Under the pieces are notes generated by a model. It was not told the DNA's origin. It worked only from the letters and a program-made list of their open reading frames with translations, and searched no databases. A DNA stretch of 64,000 nucleotides from Marsupella aquatica (Eukaryota; Plantae; Marchantiophyta): contig OZ316894.1 of NCBI GenBank assembly GCA_973895155.1, positions 2,558,457 to 2,622,456 on the forward strand. The letters run 5' to 3'. How positions within the stretch are numbered: position 1 is the first letter of the stretch; each line of letters starts with the position of its first letter. Shown piece after piece: positions 1 to 10,689 of the stretch. Both the position numbers and the translations under genes were made by a program.

Positions 1-164
1 CGTGGCTGGTTCGTACATCCCGCAGAAGCATGACTGATGACTCCCTGTCTCCCCATATAATAATAAATAATAATAAATTGTCCTAAAGTCATTCCATGAG
101 ACTATGAGAGACATGCGTATTCCCGATATAGAAGAAGTCATTATTCGAAAGTCATTTGGAGGTA

Positions 165-395
165 GCGATCTGGTTGTCCACTCCAGATTGGTTAAATCGC
201 GGTTAAAGATCTGACGTGAGGGCGTGAATCCGATATCCCAATTGCTCTAAATTTAACTCACGTCAAAGACCTGACGTGCACCACTCCTGATTGGTTAACC
301 CGAGGTGAGGGGATACTCCCGATTGGTTCACCCTAACGTGAATCGAACTCCTGATTGCTCTAACTCGAAATCAAACACCTAATGTGAGGGCATGC
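165..395. repeat. Degenerate short direct repeats (CTCC.GATTGG/C.. and TGACGTG motifs)
   Basis: ctccagattggttaa, tcccaattgctctaa, ctcctgattggttaa, ctcccgattggttca and ctcctgattgctctaa recur at 30-60 bp spacing, with ctgacgtg interspersed. Confidence 0.5.
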
Positions 396-628
396 ATCAG
401 AGTATGTTTTAAGGATTTTTAACTTTTTCACCAGAATGGCGAATGTACAGAATATGAAGGACAAGATGTTCAAAAGATTCTTTATTCAATTATTTTCTTG
501 ACAGTCAGATCCCCTAAGATTTAAGGCTGGCTGTTAGATTCTGGCTAATGGGGCCTGCAATTAGGTGGAACAGTGGCTAATGAGACAGAAAACTAGTAGC
601 TAAGTTTTGCCAAAAGTGGCGAAAGATT

Positions 629-850
629 ATTATTTTTATTTTTTAAAAAACTTGAACGGAATACTTTACTTATATGTCAAGTAAAACCCAATAAAACTGG
701 GAGTAAAACAGGTCTGTCAGACCCAAAACCAGGTCAAAGACCAAACGCCACACAAAGACCAAACACATTCAGTCCAGTGACACAGGCTAAAAAGGTAAAA
801 AAAAAAGAGGCAAAAGCAGCTAAACCTGCCATACCAAAAAAAACAATAAT
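629..850 (-). mobile_element. Distal 3' UTR and A-rich tail of the LINE at 10690-15010, separated from it by the Gypsy insertion
   Basis: Same A/C-rich (+ strand) composition as 10690-10876; T-rich tract at ~629-644 reads as an A tail on the minus strand; TSD TAAT joins 850 to 10686. Confidence 0.55.
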
Positions 851-1026
851 TGTCGTGACATATAGTATCGTAGCCATAGTGTATCGAAAACATACAAGTC
901 ACTGGCAAGGCATATGTGCAAGCTGCTAGCAACCAACATGCATAGAAAAAGTCCAATCACATTCACAAGTGCCAAGAAAAAGCAAATGAAGTGGTATGTA
1001 CATAGTGGAGGTGTAAACCTCTGTAT
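851..1026 (-). repeat. Terminal repeat b2 (176 bp)
   Basis: Near-identical to 1388-1563 (differences seen: tgtcgtg/tgttgtg, actggc/accggc). Confidence 0.95.
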
Positions 1027-1027
1027 G

Positions 1028-1385
1028 ATAAAAGACGTGATAGAAACAAGTGTACTGAAATTGAATCAAAAACCGGCGGGATGCCAAGATCGGCTGGGAG
1101 CATCTAACGAATCACTGTGTGAATCCCGTGTACGGAACCGACGAGCACTGTCTGAGCTCTGTCGACAGCGATTCAAGAAGAACTAAAAACCCACAAAGAA
1201 AGACATGCCCTAAGCAAGCAAAGTCCTGGCGTCACACTAACAAACACATTTGCTTCAAGAACGGCCCAGACTTGCTACAAGAACATGTCGCTAACTCAGG
1301 TAGTACACTAGCCCTAACTACATACCTAGCGGGCAGGCGAGGGACATGCCGATGTGCATAAGAGGCACTATCCCTCGACATGACA
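1028..1385 (-). repeat. Repeat a2 (~358 bp)
   Basis: Near-identical to 10329-10685 and similar to 15981-16339. Confidence 0.95.
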
Positions 1386-1387
1386 TC

Positions 1388-1563
1388 TGTTGTGACATAT
1401 AGTATCGTAGCCATAGTGTATCGAAAACATACAAGTCACCGGCAAGGCATATGTGCAAGCTGCTAGCAACCAACATGCATAGAAAAAGTCCAATCACATT
1501 CACAAGTGCCAAGAAAAAGCAAATGAAGTGGTATGTACATAGTGGAGGTGTAAACCTCTGTAT
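1388..1563 (-). repeat. Repeat b1 (176 bp)
   Basis: Copy of 851-1026; separated from a2 by 2 nt (tc, 1386-1387). Confidence 0.95.
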
Positions 1564-1570
1564 CCCCCCC
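1564..1570 (-). other. Polypurine tract (G7) abutting b1
   Basis: ccccccc on + strand between the pol stop (1603) and repeat b1; an equivalent G-run lies at 62345-62350 in the second family. Confidence 0.75.
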
Positions 1571-1602
1571 AGACCACAGCCAAAAGGAGGGCTGAAGAAA
1601 AT

Positions 1603-4600
1603 TCAGGTAGCACGTGGAGCACAAGAAGGGCAAAACCATAACCCTTCTGGCACCTGGATAAGTTCAGGCCGAAGGCAGAAAAGATGGTACCCTCCATTGC
1701 AATTGTCACACAGCAGCATCTGGTCAGCATCATCAATTCGCAACCACACCTTGCAAGGGTAGTCCACAGGTGGAATCCAAGTAGAAGTCACAATGGTGGG
1801 ATCTAGGTTAGGCAGATGACAAGGGGCGCAATTCTTGGCATTGTCAGCAATTGTGCGCCCATCTGCCCCTTGTAACTCTAGTACTCTAGATGGTCGAATA
1901 GCTTTAACCCTGAGAATAGTACGACTGGTAGAGGTGTCCAGGGTGTCGTTAGCTTGCCGCTGCAAGTACACAAAATCTCCCACATCAAACTTCCTGACCT
2001 TGGGTTGAAAAGTGCCCCCTCGTGTGTGTGCATAACGCAGTGTGTCCCTGTGCTGTGCAATGGCCAAATTCTCCATGGCCATGGGCATAACCCTCCTGAA
2101 TAGGGCAGCCCTCTCAGAGATCACATCAGACCAAGTCACAGCTGAATCCAAGTCCACCACCTGAAGCATGTGAGCAGCAATAGCAGAAGGTGGAACTGGG
2201 TGACGACCAAACAACAAGAAGTAGGGAGAAAAGTTAGACAGTGATGCATGTCTGGACATCCTATACCCCATGGCAATGTAGGGTAAGGCCAGGTCCCAAT
2301 CCTCCTTGTTTTTGGTGAGGCAGATCTTCCGGAGGCCCTTCTTGCATGTCTGAACCATGCGCTCTGCCAAGCCATCTGCCTGTGGGTGATCTCGTGATGT
2401 GCGGCGATGATCAATGAGGGCCTGATCAAGCAGCTCCTGGAACTCTCCTCTAAACTCTGAGCCCTGGTCAGTGAGACATTCTGCACAAGCTCCAAAGCGG
2501 CTGAGAACTTGTTGTAGGAATGCCTGGCTGGTGCTACGGGAGGTCTTATCCGGCAATGCCACAAGTTCTATCCACTTGGAGAAATGCTCTATCATGATCA
2601 TGATGTAGAGATTACCCCGAGATGTGAGGGGTAATTCTCCAGCCAAATCACATGACCAACGATAAAACATGCCCTGAATAGGGAGTGGGTGAAGTGTGGG
2701 TTGCCGAGACGTGAAAGAAGTCCTTACCCTATCACACTGCTCACACCGGGCAATAACATCTCGAACCTGGCCATGCATGCCTCTCCAATGATAATGAGGG
2801 ACCAAGAGGCTGTAAGTCCTCTTAACGCCAAAATGACCAAGCTCAGAATGTACCTTACGAATAAGGCCAACCCTCTCATGAATGGGTGGAACCACCACTT
2901 CCCTGTTTGGCAAGCAGTGCACGAGATGATCTCCCTTCCACAAGTAGCGCTTGGACCTTTGCTGAATTTGGTCTCTCTGGGCAGTAGTAACATGTGTGGG
3001 GTACTCCCCATGCTGCAGAAATCTTAGAGTGTCGTTGTCCTCCCATATGTCCACCACAGGTTGGTCAATAACATAGCATGGCAGCAAAGCAAGATAGGTC
3101 GATGCATGAAATGTAGGCAGGATGGAAACCTGGTCAAAATCTTGCCGTGCATCTGAGGAATCATCAGAGGTAATCAAAGGGCTGCGGGACATAGTGTCAG
3201 CATTCTGATGTGTCAAACCAGGCCTATGAATTACCTCAAAGTCATACTCCTGGAGGATGAGTGCCCAACGAGCAAGCTTGCCAGTAAGCTTGTCGTTAGT
3301 CATCAACCACTTCAAGGGCTGGTGGTCGGTGTAGAGAGTAAACCTGGTCCCATAGAGGTAGGGCCTGTAATGTATGACAGCCCACACAACAGCAAGGCAT
3401 TCACCCTCATAAGAAGAATAATGACTCTCTGCCTGATTGTTGCTCTTGGATGCATAGGCAATGACGTACTCTTTACCTTCCTCATCATGCTGGCCCAGAA
3501 TGGCACCAATCCCAAGGGCACTCCAATCTGTGTGTAGCACAAAGACCTTGCTGAAATCAGGTCTTCTCAGCACCGGGTATTCTGAGAGCTTCTCCTTCAA
3601 AGTGGCAAATGCTGCCTCAGCATCTGTACTCCATGTCCAAGTCACATTCTTTTTCAACAAAGAGTACAATGGATGTGCAATGGTACTAAAATCTTTGATG
3701 TAGATCCGGTAGTAATTGCACAACCCAATAAAGCTCCTAAGAGTGTGAACATCAATCGGAGTGGGCATTTCCAAGATGGATACCACCTTGGCCCAGTGAG
3801 CCATGGTTCTATTTGGAAGAATGCGGTGCCCAAGGTATACTACTGATCTGACAGCAAATTCACACTTCTTGGGGTGTATCTTTAGGTTCACCTTCTTAAG
3901 CCTCATGAATAGCTCCTCAAGGTCAAGTAGATGCTGGTCAAATCCTTTGCTGTGGACCAACACATCATCAATATAGCATTTCAGAAACTCAGCACCTTGA
4001 AGAACCTGGTCCATGACTCTTTGAAAGAATATGGGCGCATTCTTCAAGCCAAATGGCATCACCAACCACTCCCATAGTTGGTTACTACCATGGAAAGCTG
4101 TTTTCTTGTGGTCCTTTGCAAGCAGCAAAATCTGGTTAAAGCCTTGCCTTAGATCCACAAGAGTGAAGATGTCTGAGTCTCCAATGCTGTCAAATAGCTC
4201 CTATGGCTGTGGCATGGGGTACCTGTCCTGGGGTGTGACCAGGTTCAATGGCCTGTAGTCCCCGCACATGCGCTTCTCTGTCCACAATCCACTGGAATCC
4301 TTCTTTGCTGGCATCATTGTAGCTGCTGCAAAATCTGATGTAGAGGGCTGAATAAGACCAGCTTCATAGAGCTCTTGGCATCTCTCATCCACCAGCTGCC
4401 ACTCATGCTTACTCAAGCGGTGTCTCCGCCTGAAGATAGGTGTTTCATCAGCCAACTCAATGGAGAACTGCATAGTCTTGCACTTACCCAAGTCCTTCAT
4501 AGAGAAAGCAAACACATTCTCATGCTTGAGGAGCAAATTCAGCAGCTGGTCCTTCTGTCTTTTACTCAGGTGGTTGCCCATGATGAATGTGTAGTTGGCA

Positions 4601-7098
4601 ACACTAGGAATAGGACCTGATGTACTCGTGCTTGAAGAACCAGAAGTGCCAGCCTCTCCACTGTCCAAGCTGCTAGCATGCTGCTGATAAGGTGATGAGG
4701 CCTCTCCAAGACCTGTTGTATGTGTTGCTCTGGTCTGATCCACACCATGAAACTCAGAAATAATGTCAGCCACATTACAAGGGACCTCCTCCCCCCCAAC
4801 ACTTGGACTGAAGTGGTGAGTGTTGGACAGAGGTAAGTGCACCTGGTCTGGATGCCATGTAGCAGCACCATGGAGTGGTAGGGCTAGAACTCCTAATGCT
4901 GGATGAATGTACATCTGAAAAAGGATGCAAGTGACCAGAAGCCAAGTGAGAGCATTAAGATCCATTACCCTGCCAAGTAAAGCATTCCTAGCCAGCCTGG
5001 TGATTTTGGTGTGACCTGTAGTACCGGGTTGGAAGCCCATAGCCCGTTCTCTCTCCTCAGGACTAGGTTCATCCCATGTACCGGTAGAATGTCGATAAAC
5101 CAGGCCAGGACCATCACCCTGAAAAGCATGTGCACCTAGAAAGGACACAAATGTAGGCCAAGCAGCATGGGGCTGTCCAATGGTATTAGCTAGATACCAA
5201 GGTGCTGGCTCTTGCCGTGTAACCGGTTGGCAAGAACTGTCAGGATCCAAAATTTGGTCCACTGTGAGGTTAGTGTCCCTGGATGTGTGGTGAAGAGCTA
5301 ACTCCAACAAGGAAGGTGGTGCAAGGTTAGTCCAAAAGTTACGAAGACGATGTGCATAAGAATCACAGTGCACTACATCAATGAGAAGGGGTGGTCCCAA
5401 GTAGTGCTGGACCACACTGAAATCCTCTTTGACCTGTGGACGCTGGTCAAACTGAGATGGAGTATTCTCAATGATATAACCAACAGCAGGATAAAGGGAT
5501 TGAGCCCAGGTGAGAATCTAAACCAATGCTGTGAAAAGGCCAGAACGAGAATCATGCAGTCCAGCACCGTGACCAGCAACTGAAAACCCTTGGCATTCCC
5601 AACCAGCTATGATCAAATCAAGGGAGCCAAGAAGGGTTAAGTGCCGGTGCTGGACAAGCTGGATATCTGGAGGAAAGAAAGAAAATGCAGACTTCCATGC
5701 ACTGTGTGGAAACTGCTGAGGAAATCGCTCTGAAAATTCCAGCAGACGGGATTCTACCACTTGCCTTGCACCTGGATCAATATCCACATAGATGTACTGC
5801 TTCACCACCATGCCAGACTGTAGGAGAGCTTCCAGGCCTGTAGAAATGCCACCAAAAAGCTCAAGCAATGTAAGGCCATCCGGAGCAGGAGTCCATGTAA
5901 TTGGTGCGCTCAAGATTGGGGCTATTGGTTGGCCATTGTGCTGCCCAAGATCCTCAAATTTGCGCAATGCAGCCACCAAAGGTCCATGGGCTGCTTGGAG
6001 CCGTTGTACCACCTCTGGTTGATGATCCACATTGCTGGAAAGTGCTGCTATACGTGCAGCAGCATGTGCAGTAGCCACCTCATCATCATCCTCCTCAATC
6101 CAATCCTGCAATGGGTGGTTGACATAGGTAGCTGTGTGCACTGCTTGCAACACACAGTGGTGAGCCATAGGTGTATGGGCACCATGCAAATCAAGTGGAA
6201 TGTAGCCCAAGTGTGAGCCATCCATATGCCAATCAACTCTGTAGTATGCATGCTCATGCCAATTGTCAATGGTAAAACCTGGTGGGAACAAAGCCTCCTG
6301 GCCAATGAGCACATCATACGTAGTGGCATTGGTAACCAAACATCTTACTGGGAAATGCAATTCCTGATCTGTACCTCCATTAAAAGTGAGAGTGAGTAAA
6401 GTAGAACTCTCACCCAGCACATCCTCCACAGTGCCACTAGCAGTCCGAATGTGCCACCTGGATTGTTGTAAATGATCAGTCAGCAGTCCCATCTTCTTGG
6501 CAAATTGAATGCCCAATATCACTGGTTGAGTGCCTGTGTCCAGCATGACCACCTGAGGAGTGTGACCCTCCAACTTGACCGCTGAATTCTTGTTGTCAAC
6601 AATGGCAATGGTGGTGGAAACTAAAGTCCTGTCGCTAGGCACCACTTTTGGCAAATGATGAGGTACCTTGTGAAGGGAGTTAGTGTCCACGGTCTTTCCA
6701 CTCAACAGCATAGTCAGGAAAGATGGAGCAGCATGACCAGAATCCAGTGTAGCTCTGGTCACACAATCTGCAGCAATACTGTCATCTCTACCTCTGGAAA
6801 TTGGTACTGGGATAGCCAAACCAGTGGAAGCATGTAATGGAGAAGAAGAAGATCCAGTATGTACATGAGATTGGACCTCCAAAACCGGTGTCACAGGGGC
6901 TGATGAAGAATGCAGTGAGCCCTCTAGCGCTCTGATGACAGCTCTAGCATCCAGCTGTAAATCATGGCAACTGAAAAGTGGAGTGGTAAGAATCCTTTGT
7001 GCCATACCGGAGGTGAAATGCTCAAGCAGCACCTGGTGGTGGAATGGATGTAGCTGCAGCTCCCTCCCCCCTCGCCAACAAGGTGCGCTCTTCAGCAA
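1603..7098 (-). pseudogene. Gypsy pol: aspartic protease, C5-MTase, RT, RNase H, DDE integrase, C-terminal PHD finger; two in-frame TAG stops
   Basis: Protease LDTG (~6540); RT RMCGDYRPLN, MPFGLKNAP, YIDD; RNase H LHTDWS, YTDH; integrase HSELGH..C..C, CDLAG, TDQGSEF, AERMV; PHD CDNC..H..C..WFCPSC. ORFs 5518-7098, 4201-5415 and 1603-4158 share one frame, broken by TAG at 5518-5520 and 4201-4203. Confidence 0.95.
4925..5880 (-). other. DNMT3-like DNA (cytosine-5) methyltransferase domain inside pol
   Basis: Motif I LELFGGISTGL; IV IAGWECQGFS..DSRSGLF; VI YIIENT (read past the TAG at 5518); VIII AHRLRNFWTNL; IX EERERAMGF; X RLARNALLGR. Confidence 0.9.
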
Positions 7099-8955
7099 GT
7101 GTGAGTGGCTGAAAAGATTGGGGCATGACAGCCCGAGCTCCCCTGGCTCTAGTCATAGGACCAGCAGCAAGACCATCAGCCTGTACAATGCAGCGTGTGG
7201 GAGCAATACGGGAGGCAGCACTGGCCTGCTGGTAAGCAAAATAGGAAGGACAGAATGAATCTGAAAATTCTGCTGTAAGGCCAGGCTGTGTAGCAGAGGA
7301 CAGCACACACTCACCCATATGAGCATCAAATGGCAAGCCATAGAAAGAGCGGGGTAGAGGTGCTGAACTGTCAGTGGTGCCTGGGCCAGGGATGAGTTGC
7401 ACGTGACCAGCCGGTTGAGAAGGACCAGCAGAGGCAGTGGACTTGCCTTTGATGTTGGCAAGTTGGGCACGTAAGGACTCAACCTCATGAGTCAGAGACT
7501 GGAGTTGAGTTGCCTGTGCGTTGTGAGCCTCCTTCTGAGCTGGTTGCTTCTGTTGCTGCTTGGGCAATTTGTTAGCACTGGATGCTTTGCCACTGGAAGG
7601 AGGAGCAACTGATGCAGTAGGAGCCCTCCTAGCTGGTGGGGGAGTGGAAGCAGGAGTAGGATGAGGGGTCTACTGTCGTAGCTGCTTCCTCTCTGGGAAT
7701 TTGGCAAAACAAACTGCCCCCAAGTGGCCCACTTTTCCGCAAAAATCACAAGACAGGTCCTCAGCAACAATATCACATTCATTAGCCTTGTGATTGGGGT
7801 TACCACAATAGTTGCAAGATGGCAGCATGAAAGCAGCATGTGCTGGCTTGGTCTTGGAACCATACTGTGGCACACGGGAAGGGGTGGTCAGTGTAGGGGC
7901 AGCAGCCTGGTACCTGGATCGCGGTGGACGCGCAATACTGGCCTCATAATGTGCATGGGCCAACTCAAGTTTCTCAGCAATGTCATAGATATTGAGCAGG
8001 GTGTAGCTGTCTCCAAACTCTGAGAATACTTGCTGCAACACTTGCAAATGGAGAGCTGGTGTGCCCTCCAATGCGCAAAGATAGCGATGAGCAGCTTCCA
8101 GGTCAATGATGCTCTGGGTGTCTTCCTTCAGCTTGAGAAGCCGGCGATACAACATCTTCAATGTTTCATCGCGCTGCCTCACAAAGGTGGCCAACTGCAT
8201 GATTTTTTCAGCACTCTTGATTGGGAATTCCAATTCAAGAACCTGGAAAAGCTCAGCCACTGGATCAGCAAATGCAGGGGAATCAATGGTGGGAGAAATG
8301 CCTGATGTAGCTTGTGCCAAGATAGTGGGAGTAACTGGTGCAGTGGTGGGAACTAGAGTAGGAGGAGAAGTGGCAGGAGTAGTAGCATGGGCTGCAATGG
8401 CATTCTGTAATGCCAATTGTGAGGCAACCGCAATTGCAGTGGCATAGGCAGGGTAGGCAATTGTGTGACAGTAAGCAGCCATTGAGAATGCTACTCATAC
8501 ACATCCAAAGCCTCATGGTGCACATACCTGGCTAGCTGCTTAAATGCAAAAGCATTTGTGAAGTTGCTGCCATACTTCAACTCCAATTCGTAAACGATAG
8601 TGTAGAAAGTAGATTTGAACTCATGCAAAGAAACAGTGCCTGGCTGCCCACTGAAGCGCTCAATGCGGCCAGATGAGTGACTGGCATCCATGCTGTATGT
8701 TGGTGAAGCTGGAACAATCACTGATGCAGAAGGAGTAAAGGGCAGAGAAGCGATAGCAAGCTTCAAGGTAGTGGTGAAGCGACCGCCAAATGTAGCAGAA
8801 GGATTGCGTGGTGTGGGTGCTGTTGCTGTCTGCTGACGTCGTCGAAATTGCCGAGACTCCAATGAAACTGGCACCAATGGTCGTGGATCACTCCGTAAAT
8901 GGTACCTGGGTGTCGGTGGCAATGTGCTGCTACCTCCTGGCTCATCGGCTAACAT
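7022..8955 (-). pseudogene. Gag with two CCHC zinc knuckles (disrupted)
   Basis: CNYCGNPNHKANEC and CDFCGKVGHLGAVC; TAG stops at 8491-8493 and 7670-7672; frameshift near 8455-8490; overlaps pol in a different frame around 7022-7098. Confidence 0.85.
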
Positions 8956-10315
8956 GCTGCATGCTCACCTAGGTGCCAACGGGAAAGAAACTGACAAGAA
9001 AAAGAAATGGCAGCCCCAAGGCTAGGAAATAAACGGTGCGAGGCAGAAATGTGTCGAATGTGTAAACACACAGAAAAACCATCGGCAAAGAAAAGACCCT
9101 TAAAAACTCCAATTGTACTGGTGTTGTGCTTGCTGGATTGACTGTCTGATGAATATGCCGGGCCCTTAGCTTTATGCAGATGACACGTGGCGGCAGCAAA
9201 GAAATCCAGAAAAATGGACCCTTAAAAACGTAAATCTGGGCCCCTTTAAGTGTATACATCGGCCTTCTCAAATGTATAAACATGGGGCCCGGTTAAGTGT
9301 ATACATCGGGCCCCGATGTGGACCCGGGAACTGGCAGCAGGTCGATCGTCGCACGGCGAAAAAGTGAGAAAGGCCGAAAAAGGGGAAAATAGCCGAGGCA
9401 AGCTCGCAGGTGGCCGGAAAGAGGAGAAAAGACGTCGCGAGGCAGGGCAAAAGAAACGGGGCCCTCTTAATGGCATGAGCCCTCCATAGGGCTTCGTGCC
9501 CCACCTTATGTGCTCCCGAAAAGGGGCTACGAACTCCCCCCCCCCCTCCTCTCCTTCAATGCAATTTGGGCCTCGTGCCCTGGCAAAAGACTCTCGTGAG
9601 AGGAGTCAAGTGTACTCCTCCCCCTCCCTGCTTTAATTACTCCATAGGGCCTCGTGCCCTGGTGACAGTATGCCCGAAGGCAAGGGAGTCGAGTGTACTC
9701 CCCTCCCCTGCTTCAATGTTGCTTAGGGCCTTGTGCCCTCTCCTGGCACCCTCGCTCCCCCTCCTTCTTTAATGCAGCATAGGGCTTCGCGCCCTCCTTG
9801 CGCTTCCCCCTCCCCTCCGTGGCTGGTGCTCGGCTCCCCCCTCCCTCCTTAATTAAATGCTGGTAGTGGGAGACATGATGCCCTGTACGCACAGCCTGCG
9901 AGATAAAGGCAGGAAAACAAACGGAGGGAGGAACTTCGAGGCTTGGCAAGGCAAAAGAAAAGGGGCGCGCGGTGGCCGAGGCAGTCGTGGCTGGTAAACG
10001 AAAAAGGGCCCCAAAGAAGTCGTTAAAAACAGGAGCGCGGGTGCGCCCTGTGCAATCGGCGTCGATGCAGCAGTCAACGTAGATGCGGCAATCGATAACA
10101 GCAAGTCGCGAAATAGGTTGCGGTCGGAAAAGAAAAGCCTGGGCAAAAAATGCAAAGGAAAACGAGGGAGGGGGGCTTGTTTGACTTAAGTGTATACACT
10201 TAAAGTCATAACTTCCACCCCATCGCTCAGCGTTTTTCCATAGAAATTGCACCGGCTTCACCAGAAATTGTCAAAATCGCCACGAGCAATCTTCTTCTCC
10301 TCACCGCTAACTCGG

Positions 10316-10330
10316 CAGTTCTTCTTGAAT
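10316..10330 (-). other. Putative self-priming primer-binding site
   Basis: cagttcttcttgaat (10316-10330) is the exact reverse complement of attcaagaagaactg (10472-10486) inside a1; no TGG-type tRNA PBS follows a1. Confidence 0.7.
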
Positions 10331-10685
10331 AAAAGGCGTGATAGAAACAAGTGTACTGAAATCGAATAAAAAACCGGCGGGATGCCAAGATCGGCTGGGA
10401 GCATGTAACGAATCACTGTGTGAATCCCGTGTACGGAACCGACGAGCACTGTCTGAGCTCTATCGACAGCGATTCAAGAAGAACTGAAAACCCACAAAGA
10501 AAGACATGCCCTAAGCAAGCAAAGTCCTGGCGTCACACTAACAAGCACATTTGCTTCAAGAACGGCCAGACTTGCTACAAGAACATGTCGCTAACTCAGG
10601 TAGTACACTAGCCCTAACTACATACCTAGCGGGCAGGCGAGGGACATGCCGATGTGCATAAGAGGCACTGTCCCTCGGCATGACA
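10329..10685 (-). repeat. 5' terminal repeat a1 (357 bp)
   Basis: Matches 1028-1385 and is not followed by a b copy. Confidence 0.95.
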
Positions 10686-10689
10686 TAAT

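Larger units (their letters stand above)
851..10685 (-). mobile_element. Full-length Ty3/Gypsy retrotransposon with split/permuted LTRs, DNMT3-like domain and PHD-integrase
   Basis: Minus strand begins TGTCATG (10685) and ends CACGACA (851); flanked by TAAT at 847-850 and 10686-10689; domain order gag-PR-MTase-RT-RH-INT-PHD. Confidence 0.93.

Noticed and set aside
851-1563. b-a-b duplication as an assembly artefact or one-off LTR rearrangement
   Set aside because: The copies differ by substitutions, a second family shows the same layout, and a third copy also lacks b after a1.
851-10685. Classification as a DIRS/PAT/Ngaro tyrosine-recombinase element because of the split direct repeats
   Set aside because: It encodes protease and a DDE integrase, has TG..CA ends and a 4-bp TSD, and no tyrosine recombinase motifs are seen.
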